A stretch of 37,038 nt of DNA, from positions 1 to 37,038 of the IMG/VR virus record IMGVR_UViG_3300017780_001057, one strand, 5' to 3'. The notes below the pieces were generated by a model, which saw only the letters and a list, made by a program, of their open reading frames with translations, was not told the origin of the DNA and did no database searches. Each line of letters begins with the position of its first letter. The first letter of the stretch is position 1. A program made the translations under genes and the position numbers. This DNA comes from a virus. Taxonomy: Duplodnaviria > Caudoviricetes. Below are positions 1 to 5,827 of this stretch, one piece after another.

Positions 1-123
1 CTTGGGCGGTTTAGGCTATCAAAACCCATTTTATAGGCGCCGCGATCGCGCGCCATTTTATTTATGCCAGATAGGTTTACGTTAACGTAAAGCTTGGGCG
101 GTTTAGGCTATCCTCAAACAACA
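1..123. repeat. 123-bp exact direct repeat of 36916-37038 (probably circular-assembly overlap)
   Basis: Both copies run cttgggcggtttaggctatc...tcctcaaacaaca and are identical. Confidence 0.95.
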
Positions 124-243
124 ATCCTCAAAGTCATGACAACCGGGGGAAAGGAAACGCGGCAAAGACAAGGGGGGCTTTTCTTTTTTGGGCGGTTTAG
201 GCGGTTTAGGCTATCAGTTTGAAGTCGCCAGAATTTATGTCTT

Positions 244-262
244 ATTGCGAACGATTCTTATC
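244..262. promoter_or_regulatory. Fur-box-like imperfect inverted repeat
   Basis: ATTGCGAACGATTCTTATC resembles the 9-1-9 alphaproteobacterial Fur-type motif (about ATTGCGAAT-N-ATTCGCAAT); the right half is degenerate. Confidence 0.35.
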
Positions 263-512
263 TAACACTTTTTTTTAGATTTTAGTCATATCCAATAGCC
301 TAAACCGCCTAACCGGTTGTCAAGCCCGCGCAAAACCGCCCCTAAATTTAGGCTATCCTCAAATGTTTCATAGCCTAATCGCGCGCCTAAACCGCCCAAT
401 AAATGACTATCGCGTCAACCGCGCGATCGCCCGGCAAAACCGCGCAACAAATATTGCAGCACAAATAGTCATTTTTGGGCTATTTTGACTTTGAGGATAG
501 CCTAACATTTTT

Positions 513-521
513 TTATCCACA
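513..521 (+). promoter_or_regulatory. Perfect DnaA box TTATCCACA
   Basis: Exact consensus, ending 7 nt upstream of the predicted -35. Confidence 0.6.
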
Positions 522-528
522 AAAGGGC

Positions 529-554
529 TTGACGTTATCCTCAAAGGCTATAAT
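529..554 (+). promoter_or_regulatory. Early sigma70-type promoter
   Basis: TTGACG (529-534) and GCTATAAT (547-554), Caulobacter-like layout, upstream of GGAG RBS and first gene. Confidence 0.6.
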
Positions 555-591
555 TAGAGGATAGTTTCAACGCCAATTGGGAGCAAAACAA

Positions 592-1446
592 ATGGCATAC
601 TTTCCGCGTCTTTTCTCAACCGACAACGCTAAAGCCGCAAAGGCTAGCGGCTATGGCTATCTAAACGCCGTTCATTATATGGCGCCGCACAAGCTAGGCG
701 GCGTCGGCAATTTGTGCTCTCACGCTAGTCCTGCGTGCATTGCATTGTGCTTAGGGCAATATAGCGGTCAAGCCGCCATGGTATCAGATTTAGAAACCGA
801 TACTAACCCGACGCGCGAAAGCCGCAAGCTAAAGGCGCAATTGTTTATGCGTGCACGCGGCGATTATATGAACCGCCTTGCGCGCGATATCGTCAAGCTT
901 GACGCACAAGCGACGCGCGAAAGCCTAAAGCTTTGTGTACGGTTGAACGGTTCAACCGATATCGTTTGGGAACGCATTAGCTTTGCGATCGACGCCAAAA
1001 CCGCAAAAGCCTTGCGCTTGCCAGATATGGCCGGGCGCGTTGTGACATTGCCGCAATTGTTTCCTGCTATTCAATTTGTTGAGTATACCAAAAATCCGAC
1101 GCGGCTTGGCAAGGCGCCGCGCAATCTGGATTTGACGCTATCCTATAGCGGAAACAACGCGCAAGCTTGCGTTGACGCGCTGCTAGCAGGCCATAACGTC
1201 GCAATGGTATTTCATGGCGGCTTGCCAGAAACCTTTGCAGGCTTTCCGGTTATCGACGGTGACAAGCATGACTTGCGCCATTTAGACGCCAAAGGCGGCT
1301 ATATTGTCGGGCTAACGCCTAAGGGGCGCAAAGCAAAGAAAGACACAAGCGGTTTTGTTGTCACGCATAGCCTGCCGCTTGGAGCCGGGCTTGAAGCCGA
1401 TATGCGCATTATGCGCCACGCCGCGTCAACCGCGATCGCGGCATAA
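592..1446 (+). CDS. Gp88-like phage protein with Cys cluster (radical-SAM-like fold suspected)
   Basis: NLCSHASPACIALCL, VRLNGSTDI, QFVEYTK, IDGDKHDLRHLD, GLTPKG motifs; ATG 592 follows GGAG. Confidence 0.75.
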   Translation: MAYFPRLFSTDNAKAAKASGYGYLNAVHYMAPHKLGGVGNLCSHASPACIALCLGQYSGQAAMVSDLETDTNPTRESRKLKAQLFMRARGDYMNRLARDIVKLDAQATRESLKLCVRLNGSTDIVWERISFAIDAKTAKALRLPDMAGRVVTLPQLFPAIQFVEYTKNPTRLGKAPRNLDLTLSYSGNNAQACVDALLAGHNVAMVFHGGLPETFAGFPVIDGDKHDLRHLDAKGGYIVGLTPKGRKAKKDTSGFVVTHSLPLGAGLEADMRIMRHAASTAIAA

Positions 1447-1458
1447 GGGGGCGCAACA

Positions 1459-1641
1459 ATGACATATACGGAAACCTTTCGCGCCTATGTCCGCTTTGCT
1501 GATGATCAACCGGCGCAATCATGGGATGGCTTGACGTGGTCAAAAGCGCATTGGCGCTATCATTGGATAAAACGGCAATTCTACGCCGGGCGCTATCGCA
1601 ACGTCAAAACCTTTGGCTTTCAGTCGGAAAAGCACGCCTAG
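1459..1641 (+). CDS. Hypothetical early protein (60 aa, aromatic/basic)
   Basis: ORF with AAGGGGG RBS in tight operon. Confidence 0.75.
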   Translation: MTYTETFRAYVRFADDQPAQSWDGLTWSKAHWRYHWIKRQFYAGRYRNVKTFGFQSEKHA

Positions 1642-1692
1642 CGCCCGATCGCCGCGCGTCTAACCGGGCGCGCGGCTATCATGGCGCTAGGC
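1636..1692 (+). other. Long GC-rich hairpin without U-tract (possible RNase III site)
   Basis: GCCTAGCGCC/GGCGCTAGGC outer stem, GAT/ATC, GCCGCGCGTC/GGCGCGCGGC inner stem. Confidence 0.65.
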
Positions 1693-1716
1693 CATAACCG
1701 GAAAGGATCCGATGCA

Positions 1717-1821
1717 ATGCTATTAGATTTGTCACCGTACCTATCAATTCAAGCTTTCGCTTGGATATGGCTTGCCGGGCTTTGCGCCTTGGCATTTATT
1801 CTGGACCGTAAAGGAAACTAA
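1717..1821 (+). CDS. Small membrane protein, 34 aa (not in ORF track)
   Basis: MLLDLSPYLSIQAFAWIWLAGLCALAFILDRKGN; AAAGGA RBS; one TM segment plus basic tail. Confidence 0.7.
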   Translation: MLLDLSPYLSIQAFAWIWLAGLCALAFILDRKGN

Positions 1822-1824
1822 ACT

Positions 1825-2130
1825 ATGGCACGCGAGATATCTATTGTGCACGCCGATGGAACAACCGCGCGCGTGCAAGGCGCCGTCGCAATTCTAACGC
1901 TAGGCGATCGCAAGCTTAGGGCTTTCATTCATGGCGATACACTAACGCACTATGCCAGCGGTCGCAGGATATGTGATTTAAGACACTACGCTATCCTAAA
2001 CTATCGCTCAAACCGCCGACGCGATCGCCGCGCCGACGCGTGCCTGGCATTGCAGGATTTAGCGCAACGCATAGGCGCCGATAAAGCTTGGCAAGTCATT
2101 GAAGCCGCGCCTGTCATCAATCACAAATGA
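1825..2130 (+). CDS. Hypothetical early protein (101 aa)
   Basis: AAAGGA RBS; LTHYASG motif. Confidence 0.8.
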   Translation: MAREISIVHADGTTARVQGAVAILTLGDRKLRAFIHGDTLTHYASGRRICDLRHYAILNYRSNRRRDRRADACLALQDLAQRIGADKAWQVIEAAPVINHK

Positions 2131-2147
2131 GGAAAGGATAACCGATA

Positions 2148-2336
2148 ATGACAATGAAACTAGAGGATAGCTTTAAATGGCTAGCCGAAAGCGAAAGCGA
2201 TATCGAAAGCATATTGCGCGCTGGAATGATTGAACAGCCCGAACAAGCCGTGGTTGACGTTATGCTTTCGCTTTATCGGCGCGGCTGGAACGACTGCTTT
2301 AAGCTTGCCCGGTTGCATGGCGTAGAAAGGCTTTAA
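2148..2336 (+). CDS. Hypothetical early protein (62 aa)
   Basis: GGAAAGGA RBS; YRRGWND motif typical of small phage proteins. Confidence 0.75.
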   Translation: MTMKLEDSFKWLAESESDIESILRAGMIEQPEQAVVDVMLSLYRRGWNDCFKLARLHGVERL

Positions 2337-2339
2337 GCT

Positions 2340-2561
2340 ATGACAACGCGCAATTATTTTCCGACGCTATCCGACGCCCTAGACGCGGAAAGCTTGAACG
2401 ATATTTGGCCGCTAGGCGTCAATATCAATTATGGCCAGACGATAGGCCTAGCGGTCAATGGCCGGTGGATTAGCGTCTATCGGGATGAAACCGGGCGATA
2501 TGAACGCCCGGTGCACTATGCAACCCAAATGCCCGATACGGGGCCAATATACCTAAGCTAA
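2340..2561 (+). CDS. Hypothetical early protein (73 aa)
   Basis: YFPTLSDAL and ISVYRDETGRYERPVHY motifs; tight spacing. Confidence 0.8.
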   Translation: MTTRNYFPTLSDALDAESLNDIWPLGVNINYGQTIGLAVNGRWISVYRDETGRYERPVHYATQMPDTGPIYLS

Positions 2562-2579
2562 AGGAAAGGATCCGATAAA

Positions 2580-2756
2580 ATGGACTTCACGGATTTAGAG
2601 CACGCAATGGCGCGCAAGGGCTATGTCTATCTGGCCAAAACAAAAGGCCCGACGCCGTTTCGAAAAACAGTCACGCATTTAACCGGCTGTGCACGCAAGG
2701 ATTTAGTTTTCGATATCCCCGCGTACAACGCCCACCTCAAACCCGTAGGAGCATAA
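2580..2756 (+). CDS. Hypothetical early protein, 58 aa (not in ORF track)
   Basis: MDFTDLEHAMARKGYVYLAK...HLKPVGA; GGAAAGGA RBS; fills the gap exactly. Confidence 0.7.
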   Translation: MDFTDLEHAMARKGYVYLAKTKGPTPFRKTVTHLTGCARKDLVFDIPAYNAHLKPVGA

Positions 2757-2760
2757 AACA

Positions 2761-2988
2761 ATGACTGATAGAACCTATTACCGCGCACTGCCGACCGTCC
2801 TGCTGATCGAACAGGCCCGCCATAGCGGCGACGAATTGACAATCGCCTTGGGCGAACGATTAGAAGAGTACGATTGCGACGCAGAAACTATCGCCGATCT
2901 GCTAGAGGACAACAAAAACCTAGACCGACGCATTGACGCCCTACGGGCTGAATTGAACGGCTTATACGCACAATTGGAAATGAATTGA
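2761..2988 (+). CDS. Hypothetical coiled-coil protein (75 aa)
   Basis: AGGAG RBS; heptad pattern in C-terminal half. Confidence 0.8.
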   Translation: MTDRTYYRALPTVLLIEQARHSGDELTIALGERLEEYDCDAETIADLLEDNKNLDRRIDALRAELNGLYAQLEMN

Positions 2989-3047
2989 TGGGGGCGGCAT
3001 TGGCCGCCCTCGCATTGGCCCTGTTGGCCCTATTGATGGAGGATTGA
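2988..3047 (+). CDS. 19-aa hydrophobic micropeptide
   Basis: MGAALAALALALLALLMED; TGATG coupling to upstream gene; stop 3 nt before next ATG. Confidence 0.55.
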   Translation: MGAALAALALALLALLMED

Positions 3048-3050
3048 ACC

Positions 3051-3245
3051 ATGTCTTTAGAAATTGCTGCAATCGTCATGCTGACAGCCGCCGTTGCGGC
3101 TCTGCTAGCCGCCTTGGGCGATGCACAGCGCACAGCCGCGCGATGGAGGCGCGAACACGACCTGTTGGACGCATACTTCACGCAATACCGCAAGAATAGC
3201 ATTCGACGCGACCGCAAGACGGGCCGCTATATCAAAGAGGATTGA
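3051..3245 (+). CDS. Membrane-anchored protein with C-terminal RDxKTGRY motif
   Basis: N-terminal TM segment, GGAGG RBS. Confidence 0.8.
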   Translation: MSLEIAAIVMLTAAVAALLAALGDAQRTAARWRREHDLLDAYFTQYRKNSIRRDRKTGRYIKED

Positions 3246-3248
3246 ACC

Positions 3249-3473
3249 ATGACTGTATCATTCAACGCAAGCCGCCAGCGCCGTGGCGACGAATTAGCCA
3301 TCCTAAAACAGGCCGCTAAGGCACTCAGGGACCACGAGAAGGCCCGTCAGGCACTCAAGGCCCAAGACGAGCGCATCAAGGCCCTGTGCCACGAATATGA
3401 CGTTGCGGCGGGCGTCTGGGGCTTCCAGCCGCACCATCTGCGCAATGCTTGCGAAGCTAGGGGGCTGCTATGA
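3249..3473 (+). CDS. Hypothetical protein (74 aa, helical)
   Basis: GAGGA RBS; ATGA overlap with next gene. Confidence 0.8.
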   Translation: MTVSFNASRQRRGDELAILKQAAKALRDHEKARQALKAQDERIKALCHEYDVAAGVWGFQPHHLRNACEARGLL

Positions 3474-3874
3474 CTGACATCGGCGATTGGGGCGCGGCTA
3501 TGCGCTTAGCTAGACGCGCGTCACTGTTGGCCGGTGAAGAACAACGCCGACTAGGGCGCGTGACAGAGCAGGAAGACAGCAGCATGATGCTTTATACCGA
3601 CAACCCGACCACGGCGGCGCTGTTCGCGCTCACCTCAGACATGGCGGCGATATGCAAGACCAGCGCCATTGAAGGTGTGTGCATCGTCACGGGGGCGGAT
3701 TTTCCGCCAGCAGCGCATGAGGCCGAGCGAGACGACCCTGAACTGCCGCGCGTTGCGGCGATGTGGTTCACTGCGCCCGGCAACAAATGCCCCCGTTGCC
3801 GCCTGTTCAGACAGACAGACGGCGAAGTCTGTAAACCCTGTGAAAAGACGCTGACGAGTATGGCGTTGAATTGA
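3470..3874 (+). CDS. Stand-alone isoleucyl-tRNA-synthetase C-terminal-like domain with FPG/IleRS-type zinc finger
   Basis: W..AMRLARR..L.AGEEQRR.G, DMAAICKTS and APGNKCPRCR...VCKPC parallel the last ~130 aa of bacterial IleRS1. Confidence 0.65.
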   Translation: MTDIGDWGAAMRLARRASLLAGEEQRRLGRVTEQEDSSMMLYTDNPTTAALFALTSDMAAICKTSAIEGVCIVTGADFPPAAHEAERDDPELPRVAAMWFTAPGNKCPRCRLFRQTDGEVCKPCEKTLTSMALN

Positions 3875-3885
3875 TGGAGAAAGAC

Positions 3886-4248
3886 ATGACACCTGTTGAG
3901 CATAACCCCAACTGCGCGATCGTGCGCAGCGGTGACATACGCGCATGGTGCGATTGCGGGGCTGAGATACCCGCGATGAATGAAATCCGGGCGAACGTGT
4001 CCGAAACCATCGGCGCTGGCAAAGAGCGGGAGCGTATGCGAACGCAAATTGCAAACCGCATCGCGGCCCTGCGCTATCGTGAAACAGTCTGTTGGAACAT
4101 GGCGGGCGTGTTCATGTCCGCCAAGGACGCGCACGGACTGCATGACATGGGTGTTGAAATCCAAGGCATCCAATGGGCGATCAGAGAATTGGAAGGACTG
4201 ACTGATGAAAGCGACCGAACGCCAAGTGACACGCGAAATGCTTGCTAA
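3886..4248 (+). CDS. Hypothetical protein with HxxxC...CxC motif
   Basis: ATG 3886 after GGAG; HNPNC...WCDCG. Confidence 0.7.
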   Translation: MTPVEHNPNCAIVRSGDIRAWCDCGAEIPAMNEIRANVSETIGAGKERERMRTQIANRIAALRYRETVCWNMAGVFMSAKDAHGLHDMGVEIQGIQWAIRELEGLTDESDRTPSDTRNAC

Positions 4249-4504
4249 TTTAAAGAAGCCGTTTGCCCTTGTCTGCGAATACCGCGGCGGACATGACGCG
4301 CGTAAGTTTATGCTGTTTGACGGGTTTAATACGCAGCATGAAGCCGAAAGCGAAGGCAAACGGATCGAAGCCTCTAAACCCTTCGCCGATGGTAACGGCG
4401 GGAAACGCGGCTATACTGACCTGAAATGGCGCGTAGAAGTGCTGCACGACACAGAAGAAGATATGACACCTGTCCAACACAACGCAGATCGTTGGGAGGA
4501 CTGA
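4205..4504 (+). CDS. Hypothetical protein (99 aa)
   Basis: GAAGGA RBS; operon context. Confidence 0.7.
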   Translation: MKATERQVTREMLANLKKPFALVCEYRGGHDARKFMLFDGFNTQHEAESEGKRIEASKPFADGNGGKRGYTDLKWRVEVLHDTEEDMTPVQHNADRWED

Positions 4505-4507
4505 CCA

Positions 4508-4639
4508 ATGAAACCAACTAAACCAGCATGGCATGGCGGGAATAAAATCCCTGACACCTATCTAAAGCGGTTTTGGAAATCCGTGGAGGATGAAAGCATC
4601 CCTCACGCCCTGCGCCTGTTCATGGAGAACCTGAAATGA
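4508..4639 (+). CDS. Hypothetical protein, 43 aa (not in ORF track)
   Basis: MKPTKPAWHGGNKIPDTYLKRFWKSVEDESIPHALRLFMENLK; GGAGG RBS; ATGA overlap with next gene. Confidence 0.7.
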   Translation: MKPTKPAWHGGNKIPDTYLKRFWKSVEDESIPHALRLFMENLK

Positions 4640-4881
4640 CGCCAGACCCACAGGCAGACGCAACCATGCTGCGCATCGCACAGAGGCACTATGTCACTGT
4701 CGAGCGTATGCGTGGCCCAGAGCGTAACAAATACATCCAAGCGGCCCGGAGAGCCGCTGCCGACGCCCTACAGAAGCAGGGCTACAACACAACGCAGATC
4801 GGGCGCATCATGGAACGCGACCCGACCACTGTCCTCGCCATGCTGGGACGCATCGGAATAAGGAGCCAAACGAATGACTGA
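4636..4881 (+). CDS. Stand-alone DnaA domain IV-like (Bac_DnaA_C) HTH protein
   Basis: IAQRHYVTVERMRGPERNK..QAARR...QIGRIMERDPTTVL matches the DnaA signature IG..F..RDHTTV. Confidence 0.8.
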   Translation: MTPDPQADATMLRIAQRHYVTVERMRGPERNKYIQAARRAAADALQKQGYNTTQIGRIMERDPTTVLAMLGRIGIRSQTND

Positions 4882-5149
4882 CCAACAAACACCGCCCGAT
4901 TGGGTGCTGATCGAAGCTGCGAAGCGGAGCGGATGGCCGCAATCAACACCGCTTTATGCTGAATATCAAGAGGACAAAGCTTACCGCGCCCTGTGCGACA
5001 TGATCTTGAAGCACGAGCAACCACCCGTAAATCGCAAGCTGCTGTGTGTCGCGGAAGCGATGTGTGAGTTTGGATGGGGTGAAGATTGGATTGGCAGAGG
5101 CGCTTGCTATCGCGCCATCGAACTTTGGGAAGAGGGGTTTGGAAAATGA
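4874..5149 (+). CDS. Hypothetical protein (91 aa)
   Basis: AAGGAG RBS; overlaps neighbours. Confidence 0.8.
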   Translation: MTDQQTPPDWVLIEAAKRSGWPQSTPLYAEYQEDKAYRALCDMILKHEQPPVNRKLLCVAEAMCEFGWGEDWIGRGACYRAIELWEEGFGK

Positions 5150-5367
5150 CTAAGATCATCACCGCCGCTGAGATGGCGGAACACTACGAGCCGCTGATCG
5201 ACCTGTACGGCGCACTTCGGAAGATCGAAGCCCAAGCGGCTGAGATCGAGCAACTGCGGCGCGATCATGCGGCGATGGTAAAGGAAGCCAACATTGCCAA
5301 GGCGCGGCTTAAAGGCGTTCAGAAGCAGTGGTATGCAGACCGCGCAGCATTGGGAGATGAGAAATGA
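5146..5367 (+). CDS. Hypothetical coiled-coil protein
   Basis: ATGA overlap at 5146; GAGGGG RBS. Confidence 0.75.
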   Translation: MTKIITAAEMAEHYEPLIDLYGALRKIEAQAAEIEQLRRDHAAMVKEANIAKARLKGVQKQWYADRAALGDEK

Positions 5368-5573
5368 ACCTAGAACTGGTAACAAACCTATTGCAGCGCA
5401 ACGTCCCTGACTTCGTAAACGATCAGGTGCAATTCTGGGTGGACATGGCGCAGGAAGCCATCCGCCGGGATGAGCGGGCGAAGATCGTGGCGTGGCTGCG
5501 GGAACGCGCCTGTGTGTGGGCCACGGATACTGAAACCGCCGACGACATCGAAGCAGGAGCGCATTTGAAATGA
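5364..5573 (+). CDS. Hypothetical protein (ERAKIVAWLR...ADDIE motif)
   Basis: Motif common in small proteobacterial phage proteins; ATGA overlaps. Confidence 0.8.
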   Translation: MNLELVTNLLQRNVPDFVNDQVQFWVDMAQEAIRRDERAKIVAWLRERACVWATDTETADDIEAGAHLK

Positions 5574-5767
5574 CATTCGGCAGACCATCCACCTATCGGC
5601 TGCTCGACTTGGAAGTCGGCGAGGCGCGGGACTTTGAAGCCCCGACAACCGCCGACGTTACCCGCATCGCCCGCAATGCCAGCCAGACAGGCATCCGGCA
5701 CGACCGATACTTTCGGTGCAAGACGAACAAGCAAACGCGCATCACCACAGTGACGCGCATTAGATAA
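5570..5767 (+). CDS. Small basic putative DNA-binding protein
   Basis: GRPSTY.L.DLEVGE..F pattern; last gene before terminator. Confidence 0.7.
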   Translation: MTFGRPSTYRLLDLEVGEARDFEAPTTADVTRIARNASQTGIRHDRYFRCKTNKQTRITTVTRIR

Positions 5768-5807
5768 AGAAAAACCCCCTGACAGTAGTGAGCCTGTCAG
5801 GGGGTTT
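5766..5807. terminator. Bidirectional intrinsic terminator between convergent operons
   Basis: AAACCCCCTGACAG-8 nt loop-CTGTCAGGGGGTTT, with A-tract on the left (U-tract for - strand). Confidence 0.9.
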
Positions 5808-5827
5808 AGTGCAGTCGGAGCAAACGA

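Larger units (their letters stand above)
2..564. repeat. Cluster of iteron-like repeats, consensus TTGGGCGGTTTAGGCTATCCTCAAA, in both orientations
   Basis: Full or partial copies on + at 2-20, 94-118, 124-132, 188-215 (internal duplication), 347-363, 535-545; on - at 295-312, 370-378, 385-399, 490-505, 557-564. Confidence 0.9.

Noticed and set aside
1-564. CRISPR array
   Set aside because: Repeats vary in length, occur in both orientations and are irregularly spaced; no cas operon
1636-1692. tRNA or intrinsic terminator
   Set aside because: Single long hairpin, no cloverleaf or T-loop, no U-tract
41-2030. GCGATCGC as cyanobacterial HIP1 indicating host
   Set aside because: Confined to one region rather than genome-wide; other signals point to Alphaproteobacteria
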